From Girardia tigrina (Eukaryota), in contig MQRK01225780.1 of assembly GCA_001938485.1 (NCBI GenBank), forward strand, positions 48,656 through 112,655: DNA of 64,000 nt, written 5' to 3'. Of this stretch, positions 38,546 through 50,699 are shown piece after piece. Both the position numbers and the translations under genes were made by a program. Every line of letters begins with the position of its first letter. Position 1 is the first letter of the stretch. Below the pieces are notes generated by a model. The model made no database searches, was not told where the DNA came from, and saw nothing but the letters and a program-made list of their open reading frames with translations.

Positions 38546-38860
38546 AAACTGAAAACACGCTTTTTAAAATTAAAATTTGTTAAATTGGATCAAATCAAAT
38601 AATATTTCGAGAGACCTTGAGTAATAACTTGTATGCAAATATAATAATTAATAATAATAATTATTATTATCATGATAATAATCAATCAGATTAAAAAAAT
38701 CAAATCAAATTTATTAATGTGTAATTATATTTTTTTTGACAATTTTCATAGGATAAAAATGCAAAAAAACAACAGAATTCACCGAAAGAAAAACGGAAAA
38801 GTAACTTAAACATAAATAATTATCACGAAAAAATATTATTTCTAAGATATTTTTTTGAAA

Positions 38861-39010
38861 CTATATAATATAGCAACAGACGCACCGTAGTATAGCTAGG
38901 ATTATGGATATAATTATGACAACAATTGTTACGCCAATCAGGGTTTTTGACAAAGGTGTAAGATAAGAACAGCAATACTGATTAAATCCTTCATTGCAGC
39001 AGCTTCGAAT
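38861..39010 (-). CDS. Candidate last exon of a small Cys-rich single-pass membrane protein (Shisa/CYYR1-like layout)
   Basis: CCNEGFNQYCC, then hydrophobic LIGVTIVVIIISIILAIL, then juxtamembrane RCVCC. Possible acceptors TTTTCAG and TTCGAAG upstream; the 5' exons were not resolved. Confidence 0.4.
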   Translation of the reverse strand: MRSCCNEGFNQYCCSYLTPLSKTLIGVTIVVIIISIILAILRCVCCYII

Positions 39011-39706
39011 TAAAAATAAACGTTCAACTGAAAATAAAAAATATATTGACATTAAAATAATTATAAGGGTAAACAATTTGTATATTATCTATTTGTAGTT
39101 TTTAATCTATTTAGATAAGTAAGTTTATTTTAGTAACCAAGTTTAACGAGAAAAAGACGATAACGAATGTTGAAAGATATCTAAAATATCAAATAACAGA
39201 ACATTTTCAGTTTTAAACAGCATCTGTGATGTCTCGTGTCAATTATACACCAAGGATGGTAGCAACATCATAAGTTAGAGACAATTTTTATGTTTTGTTA
39301 TATTTAAGAGAAACAAAGAATGGGAAAACATTCCTTCTTATTTACAAATTATATAATAATAAAAATTATAAAAAATAATATTAATAATAATAAATATAAT
39401 AATAATTATTATTATTACTATTATTTTTATTATTATTTTCAGTAATATTATGAAAAATAAACTCGTAAAAATTTTTTGAATATGATTTATTTAATTTTAA
39501 ATTATTTAAGTTTTAAGGGTTTTATTCAAGTATATCGATAAAGTATATGAGTGACCCCTTTGTTTACTTATTTATTTTATTTATGGCCTTTAAATAAATA
39601 ATTTGGTTTCTAATTCATTTTTGACATCACTGACATTTAGAATGATTAGATGATGTAAGCGTGAGAACTGTCGTCTAGATCGAATCCGTCTAAAAATAAT
39701 CAAAAT

Positions 39707-40139
39707 GAGTACAGGACATCTGGACGCCGGGAAATTTAGACACCAGTATTTTTTATTGTTTATACAATTTTATCATAAATATTTGTTGGCATATACAATT
39801 TTTATAAATTGCTGTTATTTTTATTTATATAAAATAAAATATAAAAGTAATATTTTTTTTGAAAAATTTGAAAATTTGGAAATTTTTATAAATAAAGCTG
39901 TTTTTAATTGAATTTTGTTATAAATTGTTAGTTATAAAATAATATAATATTATATTGTACAAATATAATAAATTAAATTTTATTACATAAATATTTAATT
40001 CTATATAAACAACAATAATTAATAAAATTTATATACTTGAACAAATATTTACAATAAAATGGTGTATACAATAAAAATACTTTCGTCAAAACGTCCGAAA
40101 AAGTGGCTTTAAAATGGTGCTGTCGATGTGGCCTGCTCC
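39707..40139. mobile_element. Degenerate fold-back MITE (long imperfect TIRs)
   Basis: Left GTATTTTTTATTGTTTATACAATTTTAT..AAATATTTGTT matches the reverse complement of ~40020-40080; imperfect GC-richer termini. No clean TSD. Confidence 0.5.
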
Positions 40140-40900
40140 AGAGTAAGGATTAAAAATTAGTTTTGATTTTATTTTAGGAATTTAATTTCATTAAAATAAC
40201 TTTAATTCTATTAATATGGCTTGAAGCCGTGGATATTGAAACGGAAAATATCGGATGATTGTGTTACAAATTTTATTAGACGTCATTATATCTTTTCTGT
40301 ATTTCATTTCCAAAATAATCTTAATTTTGTGGTAAGACATTTTGAATTAAACATTCATTCTAAATACACGAGAAACTAACCTTTCTCAATCACTTAAACT
40401 CATTTTAACAGCTATAAAACATGATAGTCTTACCTTTTAAACCTTCGATACTATTTTGAAAAACATAAATTTGTCAAGAACCAAACATAATATAAAGGTT
40501 TTTGCCAGTTCAATGTAACCATCTTTTGGGTATAAAAGTTTTTCCTTCCTAAAATGCACATCTATTCACAAAACAGTATAAAGCATTCAATTGATAATAA
40601 AAGTTGGACTTAAAAGTAGTAAGTATATAAAGATTATATACAAATTATTTTCTCACAGAAAAGGTAAATATTAAGAAATTCATGAGAAATTGTATTATGA
40701 GTAGCGCATATTCTTGTTAGATCGATTTGTTTTTTCTTTGGAGAAAAAAATTTTCTTGAAATTTTATGGAATAAGCTTATAAGCTTGTTATTTATAAAAT
40801 AATATAATATAATATAATAAAAATAATATAAATTAAATTATATTACACATATATATATATATATATATGTGTAATATAATTTATATATATATATATATAT

Positions 40901-41077
40901 AACATTAAGATTTAATGGCAATTTAATGGCAAAAAAAAATTAATTGCGTAATAGTCAAAGTGCCATATAAATGACTTGTAATTTGAAATTTACTTCACAA
41001 CTGATGATGCCGTAATGGCGAAATAAAAAATTTTGGGAAATAAAAAACTTTTAAAATGGCGTTTGTTATTTTAATTT
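40901..41077 (+). mobile_element. Solo ~180-bp non-coding PLE terminal-repeat unit between (TA)n tracts
   Basis: TATAAA (40966), hammerhead, AATAAA and AAAATGGCGTTT, the same layout as the coding PLE ends; flanked by (TA)n on both sides. Confidence 0.75.
40994..41039 (+). ncRNA. Minimal type-I hammerhead ribozyme
   Basis: TTCACAA CTGATGA (41001-07) T GCC GTAAT GGC GAAA (41020-23) TAAAAAATT|TTGGGAA. AUU triplet ending 41032; helix I pairs 6 of 7. Confidence 0.75.
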
Positions 41078-41241
41078 TATATATATATATATATATATAT
41101 TGGGTTCGTGATTAAAATCCAAAGTCATTATTTGCAACCTTTATTTCTAATACAACTTTCATTATTCAAACAAATTTATGAGGAACAATATCTCAGTTAC
41201 ATAAACCAGATTTTAAATTTCTAAATATAAATAATAATATC

Positions 41242-41281
<40 letters not shown>

Positions 41282-41669
41282 NNNNNNNNNNNNNNNNNNN
41301 NNNNNNNNNNNNNNNNNNNNNNNNNNNNNNNATATATATATATATATATGTTATTTTATTCAATTTTGCATAAATCATATTTTGTTTTGTTTTACTAATT
41401 TTTACAATGTTTATTAATTGAAATATAAATTTAGATCTTTAAAAATATTTTAATGGACAAGTCCTGTAAATTTAAAAAAAAAATAATTTTTTCTTTAATT
41501 TTAAATCATTCAATTATAAATTATTTCTTTAATAAGACTTTCGTTGACAATTAAATTCAATAAACATTATGATTTTTATTTTAAATAGTGTTACAAGATA
41601 TATCAAAATCTTCTTTACAACATTCTTTAACTCCGAAACTGTTATTTTAATTATGATTTTTTGAAACCT

Positions 41670-41945
41670 AATTTTTATAGAAAGTTGTTCCAATTTAATT
41701 AGTAAAATTAAATTATCATTACACTATAATTTTTTATAAAAACTTATTTCATTTTAATTAGTAAAATACTATCTGGGAACTATAATTTTTATAAAAAGTT
41801 ATCTCAATTTAATTAGTAAAAATATTACGTATAAACCATAATTTTTTATGAAACCTTATTTCATTTTAATTAGTAAAAATATTATTTATAAACTTAAATT
41901 TTTTTATAAAAAGTTATATCATTTTAATTAGTAGAACATTATTTT
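41670..41945. repeat. AT-rich minisatellite, ~57-60-bp unit, ~5 copies
   Basis: Recurring ...TAATTTTTTATAAAA.TTAT.TCA.TTTAATTAGTAAAA at ~41700, 41760, 41815, 41875 and 41930. Confidence 0.75.
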
Positions 41946-42235
41946 TAATTTATCTCAAATATAAATATGATTTTTAATTTAAAAATATCAAAAATTTACA
42001 GTTCACCAAAAAGAACCCTTAGTAATATATATAAGCAAATATGATATAAATTTATTATAAGTACTCTTATTGGTCGAAATCAAATCTAAACATTTAATAA
42101 GAAGTACCAATTATTATTTTAAATTACACTAAAAAATTAAATGTTACATTTAAATTTCTTTTTTTTTATTGCGCATCGAAACATGCCCCCATCAGTCATT
42201 CACATATTACAAAAAGACGGTTGTAGGGCATTTTA

Positions 42236-43076
42236 ACCCATGATCTGGTTAGACCCATGTACATTTTCAACCCCGGGTTTTTCGACCCATATTTCAGAGC
42301 ACAAAGTAAATTTTAAAATGAAAAATAAATTTTACACTGATATTCAATATAATTAGTAATTTAATAATCAGATAATAAAGTTATTATGGAATATCTAATT
42401 TTCCTAAATGGAAATTTGATCGGGTCAAACATGTAAGAATGCGGACAGATATATTTACCACAATTTCTTCTACTTCAAAAATATCTCTCGTGCTATTTTT
42501 GATGTGCACCTTTTGGTTAATTAATATACAGTATAAAAATATTAGGTTCACTTACAAGTTTATCATATAAATCACTTCTATCGGTATGTGAAATTTAGAC
42601 GAGGAACGTTTGAACTTTGATATTATTTTATTATTCTTGAATGCCGATATTTGTTTATTTTCAAATTTTAATTTTAATAAATTATAGCTTAATTTAAATA
42701 TATAAATTTAAATATCGTTTACATTAGTTTACAGTTATTTCAAGTAAAGTTCAAAAAATTAAATATTCAAGTAAATTTTAGAAAAATAAAATACTTTAAA
42801 TTTTAGAAAAAATTTGAAAACTACTTTAATAGGTTAGAAAAATTTAGATCTGGTTTATAAATTAGTAATCATTTAGTTAACAAGTTAGTTTTAAACAATA
42901 AAAAACATTTTTAAATATTTTTTTATTTTTGCAATTTTATTTGAAATTTTAAAAATTTTATTAATTTTTAATTTAAAATTTTACAAAATAAATTATTAAT
43001 AATTTTTAATTTTTTTTTAGATATGCGTTGAAAGGGCCGATGTTGAGAATGTACATAGGTTGAACTAGGTCAACGG
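42236..43076. mobile_element. Degenerate TIR-bounded non-autonomous element, superfamily unclear
   Basis: Left CCATGATCTGGTTAGACCCATGTACATTTTCAAC resembles the reverse complement of the right end, CCGTTGACCTAGTTCAACCTATGTACATTCTCAAC. Confidence 0.45.
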
Positions 43077-44260
43077 TACTATTTTGATTAACCATAGAAG
43101 TCAAAAGTATTATTTCAAATGATGGTTATTCTGCTTTGTTTATTTTTATCAGCCCTTAGTATTATGAGTTATATCTCTATCTGTTCTGATCTTAAACGAT
43201 TTCCTCATAATGCTTCAAATACAGTGAAAGATTAAAAAAAAGATGTGATACAAGAACTAAAAAAATTGTAGATTTAAAAATTCTAAGAGGACATTTAATA
43301 TGGATTAAGGCCCTAAAAACAGTGAACATAGATTACATAAATTGATGGTGTTTTGTTTTTCAACCGTCGGAGACGGATGGCATTAATTAAAACATGTTAC
43401 AAAGGTGTGTACAGAAAAAATATCGAATAATGAAGAACCGTTACTAGCTATTTAATGTTAAATTAAATGTAAAAAGTTATAAAAGTTTTTAAAAGTTATA
43501 AAAATTATAAAAAAACGGATTATGCGGGAATTCAGACTATACGCTCTTCATACTATACCGTCTTCAATATGTTAAACAATAATATTTCAACTTAAATAGT
43601 TAAATTATTCACGATCAATTAAAACTAAAAATTAATTTATTAAACATATTATTTTATTGAAATTATGTAATACTTTTGGCCATTTGATACATTTATTGTT
43701 TTTTTGAAAACTCGGAATGCATTCCGATTAAGTTCCGTGAAACATCAACCTTTAATTCTGCACAATTTTTTAATGTTTTTGTGTGACTTTGTTTTTAAAT
43801 AAATGAAGCTACTCTTCTTAATCTGATAGTTCTACATTTTATTTTTATTGTTATTTTTATTATTATACTTAAATCAACCTACAGGAGTAAAGTATATTAA
43901 TTGTCTATAATTACTTTACAAAGTATTTATAAATTATTGATGATTTAATCTTTTTGATTTTGTGTAATTTATCGTTTATAAAAATACTGATTCTCCATTT
44001 TTATATTATAATTTTGAAATTATCAATTCTGATATCGCATTCACATTTTTTCCTATGACATAATGAAATTGTTAAGTCAGGTTCAATTAAGTATTACATA
44101 ACTTCTATTAAATACAATTTTTTAATGAATTAATTTTTAGTTTTTATTATTGATCGTCATCATTAACTATTTCAGTTGAAATATTAATGTTTAGGAGCAT
44201 AAAATAATGTTAAATGTCCTCATAAAAATTTTAAATCTACCATATTTTACTTCTTGTAGC

Positions 44261-45589
44261 CATGGGCGGATCCAGGGAAAAGCGTGATGGGGAATTTTCG
44301 GATAAATAAAATTATAAGATTTGAAAGTTCCTTTTTCCTCAGTTTTTTCTCAACTGGTTTCTTCACTAGTTCATCAATCTTTTTAAATACTTCTGATGGA
44401 TTTTGATCCACGATTCTAATCTCGACAAGCTTCTTCATTATTTCCAAAATATTTTTCTCTTTCGAGAATGTACTTCTAATTCTTGTTTCCCAGCTGCCTC
44501 CTTGTGTTTTCTCAAATTTGTTTATCGCCTCTGGTGTCATGAATACTGTAACTAATATCGCGTTTCTTTCTTCCTTAAATCCCAAAATCTTTGAATATCT
44601 CTCAAAGCTTATTAGGAATTCTTCTAATTTTGCTTCAGACCCATCTAATGTCTCCGGTCCTTTGATAATTGATGTCATGTGGTCGTGTGTCGTCATATTA
44701 AGAACATTTAGATAAGTCTCATTTGAATTTTTATTACAATTACATTTAGAGTCATTACAACTCTCAAAAGATCTTCCATCGTTTGTCATCGTTCTAATTG
44801 ATCTTCTTATTTCTATTTTTATTCATGATTATTCGAACAATATTTCTAAGTCATTTTTTAAAATATTTAACTTCTAAAAAATATTAATTAGAAATAATAA
44901 TTTTAACCATTTCTTAATAAAAACCAAAATAATAAAAATATTATCAAATTATTAAAAATGTATTTAATTTAAATTTTACTAAAAATATTAAACTTAATTT
45001 TAATTGTTAAATTAAAAAATATGAACTTATCAAATGATTATTTTAATTATGTTCGAATAGTCAAACACTTTAAATTTAATAAAAAAGACCAATTTCCACC
45101 TGGGTGGGAGAATCACCATTCTAAGTTCAACATAATTACATCAACATACAGAATCAATACATTTACACATTCAAACAATTTAAAATATTCCTCACACGGT
45201 ATAAATTAGAAAAAGCATAAAAATATTTACCATAAAATTCATAGATTAATTTTAAATTTAAGTGAGATGTTGTAGCACTCTAATATAAAAATGAGCGGAG
45301 AACAGTTTATCGGAATTGAGAGCTTTTACTAAAGTAAGAGTAAACGTTTTGTATGAAATCTTGGTGTATTTTCTTAAATTGTCTGTAAACAAAATAATTT
45401 CCGTATAGCTCATTAGATTATTGAACTCTTAATAAAGTTATAATTAAACAACGTAACGTTGGGAACCTATAAAATTTGAGTTTTCTTTGCCATAGCCGAC
45501 AATCCCGCAACACTATTCTATATTTAAATTTGAGATTCTAGGGGAGAGTAATTACCCATTTTATCCCCCCAACCCTGGATCCACCCTTG
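44261..45589. mobile_element. hAT-type TIR pair enclosing Gypsy gag/LTR sequence
   Basis: CATGGGCGGATCCAGGG ... CCCTGGATCCACCCTTG; flanking 8-mers CTTGTAGC / CTGGTACC match at 6 of 8. Confidence 0.6.
44310..45196 (-). mobile_element. Gypsy 5' LTR region plus gag N-terminal fragment
   Basis: TGTGAGGAATATTTTAAA start shared with 58506. ORF ..GPETLDGSEAKLEEFLISFERYSKILG..W resembles a Gypsy gag N-terminus. Confidence 0.65.
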
Positions 45590-46339
45590 CTGGTACCACA
45601 TTTTTTTTACAATGTCTATAATTGAAGCATTATAGGGAAATAATTTAAGATCAAAACAGATAAATAGATACAACTCATGATACTTAGTGAGGAAAAAATA
45701 AAACTAGCAGAATAATCATCAGTTGAAAGGTTATTATTATTATAAGTTCTGCGAGTCAAGAATGGTTTTAAAAATTACAAGGAATCGAGAAATTTGTAGA
45801 ACCGTACATAATCTGGAAGGCCTACATACATAAAAAATGGATGATAATATAATTTTAAATCATTTTGTTTCTGCAAATCATATAAGATCATAAAATAATG
45901 TAAATATTAGTACTCGTAATACACAAAAGGTGTTTGAAAAATTGGGGTCTTAATTTAAGACTGAATTTAACTGAATGCAAGACTCTTAAATACTGAACCT
46001 TAAAAACATAACTCTTGAGTAAGAAGAATATCACCAATATGTTGATGTTTTTGCTAGAGATACATGAACTGAAATTGGACTTCTGGGAATGCTGCGTTTC
46101 CAGCATACAATCAAGGATAAAGTTGATCCCAAATAATAATGGAGTGTATTCTAAATATTACTATTAACATGTAAGTGAGTATGCCTATGTGGTTGAGGGG
46201 ACCAGAGTCACTGATCTGGTACAAACGGAAGTGCGCATCCAAGGGGATACTGCCGAGAGAACTCATTCTCGGCATGAACGTAAGGATACTGTCTCCAGGC
46301 CTCAAACCGGCTGCGTATATCATGCCACAGATTTTATCG

Positions 46340-46692
46340 CCACTGGTTTCACCACCCAAAATCGTATTTAGTCCAATGAGGATTGTTGGGATTGTGATAA
46401 TTTTAATGTTCGTCGGACACACGAATCGATTTTCTTTGAGGGCATTTACAACAGTGGTATTCAAACCCAAATCCAAAAACGTGCATTTCATCAAGTCCCA
46501 TGTCGGCAATTTTGAGATTGAATTAATCAAATATCGATTGGCCCACTTAAGTTTGGGGGTTGTAGGATTGAAGTTCAGTCGGCGATTTTTGCATGAAATT
46601 ATCGGAGGATTTTCTGATTTGAGAAGATGATCGGTATTATCTTTAAATTTCAATGGAACAGAAATTCGTTTAAATTCTTTCATGGTAGTCAT
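46340..46692 (-). pseudogene. DEAD-box helicase (DDX28-like) N-terminal fragment, degenerate
   Basis: TFLDLGL...NALKENRFVCPTNIK..IPTIL.G.N....ETSGDK is a Q motif (Q to K) plus a ruined motif I (ETGSGKT). PIISCK..LN recalls DDX28 N-termini. Helicase homology stops there. Confidence 0.65.
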
Positions 46693-48599
46693 ATTACGTT
46701 ATGATAATACAATAATGATGTATCGATTCAAAATTTCAAAATATGTTGATTATTAAAACAACACTAAATATCGAAACTTTATTTCAAATAAAAAAACTGC
46801 CAATTTATGTCGTAGGCCGGATAAATAAATGTCTTTTCTTTTTCTTTTTATTATTTTTTAATGTATGTCTGGATTTTTCCAGCTCAAAAATTTTAAGGAT
46901 CGCAAATCCAATTAAGACATTTTAAATAATTATAAAATCAAAAATTAAACTAAATATAACCTAGAAAAACTCTTAATTGGTTGCTGCTGCTGATAAGCTT
47001 TAGTGAACACTACAGTGGTCATAACATATAAGTAAAATTAGCAATCAGTCTCTGACAATTTGTATAGAAAACTCAACATTATTTCTGAGAGTGAATTAAA
47101 TTAACCGGATTTACTGAATTAACATTTGAAATAATACTTTTAAATACTATGGTTAATCAAAATATAAACTACTCCATTTTCAGTTGATATTTATATGCTG
47201 CAATGAAACATGAAGATAGAATGTATTGAGTAACAAATAGATATATGGGGTTCACAAAAACTAATTTCGGATATTTTGCAATATATGCTTGTACGATGCA
47301 TTTTCAATGCAACAGCTTTATACTTTAAAAATATGCCTATTTTAAAAGTTGACATTTTAAAGTAAGATTCAGTGTGAAAGATGCATGTTATTAGTTTGTT
47401 TTTAAGTAAGTTTTGTTTATAAACCTCAGACTATAAGTTGTATTTTCTACCAATTTTTTTGTCGCAAAATACCGCCCAAACAATTAAAAGGTTTGTGATT
47501 TGTACCGTGATGAACAAACAGTAAAAAGATTGTTTGACAAGTTCTGTTTTAGTCTAACGATTCCTTGAAAATATTAAAATCTTGACAAACTTGGATTGGA
47601 TTTTTAATTTCGATGTCTCAAAAAATTTATATAAAAAATTTAATTTCTGATTAAATTTATTATAAAACAAATGTCTTCCAGTTTGATTATGTGGATATCT
47701 TTTGTAATATGTGGATGCCTGATAGAATCTAGAATATTATTGAAAAAACTATACTTGCATTTTTAGAATTAATAAAAATATTTATTTTTCATATATACAG
47801 CCATTATTAAAAATGGTTTAATGGTCATGAATCAACTTGCAAATGGTATTGCATTTTGCCACTGATGACTTTGCTTCCGGATAAAAAAGGCCGAACATAT
47901 GAAAGAACATTTTTAGTTCTTATAGCTTATCTTTTGTTAAAAATCTTTCACTAAATTTGAAGCTGTGTAGTGAAATTATGTGAGATCACAGCAGAAACTA
48001 TTTTAGTCTTGTTTTCTGAAGAGAAATATAAATTTCAAATGATTTTTATTTAATTATGGAAGATGTAATTCAAGTTTGCCGAAAACGTCAGAGTTCAGAT
48101 AATTCGATACGAAATTTCAAGTCAGTTATTGTGATCATTTCATGTGCGATAAGAGTTACGATTTGTTGTTTCAAAAACACGAAAATAGCGGTCAAAGTTA
48201 CGACACAATGTTACTAAAGGAGAGTTTTCGTTAACGACTGTGTGATAACGATTCTGTCGAGTCTTATTTGAGTTATTATGTCAAGGAATGAACACAGTAA
48301 AAAATAATTACATTCAGTAGGTCATGTTGATGGAAAAAACGAAACATTTTCTTTGTGTAGTTATAAAAAAGATGGTTCAGAAATCATTTATTGTTTCTGA
48401 AATAAAGGTTCCTGATCGGTGTGGGCCTCGTCTCTTCCAGATTGTTGTATAGAATTCCTATTCATTTTTTTTCTGCTGAGTGCACTCCTATGGGATATGG
48501 TGTTCCAGAACTCGCACTCCAGACCTTGTTAAAATCAACAGTGTTTTTATCTTTGTATTTAGTTCTTTTTCTTTCATCAAAATTATTATTATTCTATAC

Positions 48600-48918
48600 C
48601 AGATGTGCGCAACCTGCGGCCGAGTGAGGAACGTTGTGCGGCCGTGGAGAAATGTATGAATTTAGTCATTAAATTAAATTTTAAAACAATAATTAAAATT
48701 TTAACATTAAATTTTAATGTATAAAGCGGTCATATATATCAAATATTTGTGCCGTCTCATGGCTTATGATAGGCAATAACATCTTGTTTGTGTGAGCGCC
48801 CACATTTGCGGTAAGCCGGCTACACATGACCAATAATCACTTCGAAATTCATGCGACCGTGGTATCAGAAGACTTATTGCTTTGTGGCCGTCAAAGACAA
48901 AAGGTTTGCACACCCCTG
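48600..48918. mobile_element. hAT (Charlie-like) MITE
   Basis: TIRs CAGATGTGCGCAACC / GGTTTGCACACCCCTG; perfect 8-bp TSD TTCTATAC (48592-48599, 48919-48926). Confidence 0.9.
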
Positions 48919-49875
48919 TTCTATACATTCAATATTTTAATCTTTTTTTGGTGAAATGAATCAAGACGGCTTGTTCATGTTAGCAGATTTGTTTAAATCG
49001 AATTAAATATATAGAAAAACGAGCGTAACTGTGTGATTAATAAAGATTACTGATTTCCTTGGAGTTTTGATTTTATTCCAATTTCGTTATTATTCTTTTT
49101 AAACTTTGTAAATATTAAATATTCATTTGTAATTATTTTTTGTCTATTTTAGTTAAATGTCTTATGATGTTCGTATACCATAATTTTGAAGGAAAATATT
49201 TTTAATTTAAAGAAATATTAAAAACTTTAGTTAAATATTAAATTAATTATTAAACCTTTAGGTACCTATATTGTAGCTAAACTTTTAATTCTTACATATT
49301 AAAACTAACCAGGCAAAAATGACAACTTATGGAACCCGTCTTTCCACAGAAAAGTAATCGGCTTTATAAGTTAAGTATTTTCTAAATTCTGCACAATTTG
49401 TTGATGACAAACGATACAATCCTATAAATGTCTTTCGCTTGTACAATTCACATTATTTTCAAATAAAAGTTGTCTTGTTTATATTAAATTTAGGAATTTG
49501 TGAATAGAAATTTAATATTTTGTTACTGTAAAAAATTAGACTGTTCTTAAACACATTTGTTTATAAAATATTTTAAATGCAAAATATTTATTCATTGTTT
49601 TTTTAAAGAAAATACTGATTAATTTTGTATAAATTTCAAATTATAATTCTCATAACATAAGAAATTTTCCGTAATTTTTCATATATACAACAAATTTAAT
49701 TTATAAATAATTAATAATAATGAAATAATGACGAAAATTGAAAATTTCACAATAAAAATTTTAACACGTTTGATAAAATATAACAATTACTGAAATTAAA
49801 ACCTAAATTAATTTATTTATTAACACAAAAACTAAACTTTGTTATTACATTTTTTCTATTCTTTTTATTAGCTTA

Positions 49876-49918
<43 letters not shown>

Positions 49919-50699
49919 TGGAATTTAGAAAACTATTTTTGAAAGTTTTTTACTCAATCTATTTTCTACAAATTTTGCACACTTACTCATTCTCGATGAC
50001 AATAAATGATTATTTGAAAATTTGATAAAAAAAATATTCTAAGGTACCAAAATGGGAAAAAAACTGCCAAATCGGAGTTCCTGGACAATATAAATATAAA
50101 AATATCTACTTACAAATTATAAGTAGTTTATATACATATATTTATTTATATGTATCAGGTACGTTTTTAAGTGTCATTAATTAATTCTGAGTATATAAAA
50201 TTGTGTTCAGACACAGCGCTAAACATGATTCAATCACAGAGTCATCATTAAGACACACTTGGAAACATAAGTAGAGATACACACAAACACAGACAAATAC
50301 TAATGATAAATTCTTTTTATTTTTTAATTAAAGATTTTATGATTTAAAACGGTTTTACTTTGTCCTCTTTGAAATATTAATATCTTATCAAGGCATCTCT
50401 TCTGTTTTAAAGCATGAGTTTTCTTTTCTACGTAAACACTTTTAATTCACATTACGAGAGACAGTATTGTGAATGATAATTGATTATAGCATAAATCTTA
50501 TAATACGAAATGGGAAAAGTAAACTCGACTCATTACTTAAAATCTTTAATTAAATAAAAATGGTATTATTACCTGTAATTATAAAAGTTAAAACTTATAT
50601 ATTATTTTTTCCTTTTTATTAAATACTTAAATTAAACTCCGAACAATTGATAATAGTTGTGTTCTGTTTTACAATCAAAACTAAATCAACCACAATATA

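Noticed and set aside
43355-43390. CCGTC-GGA-GACGG hairpin followed by GAAA on the minus strand
   Set aside because: There is no CUGANGA box upstream, so it is not called a ribozyme.
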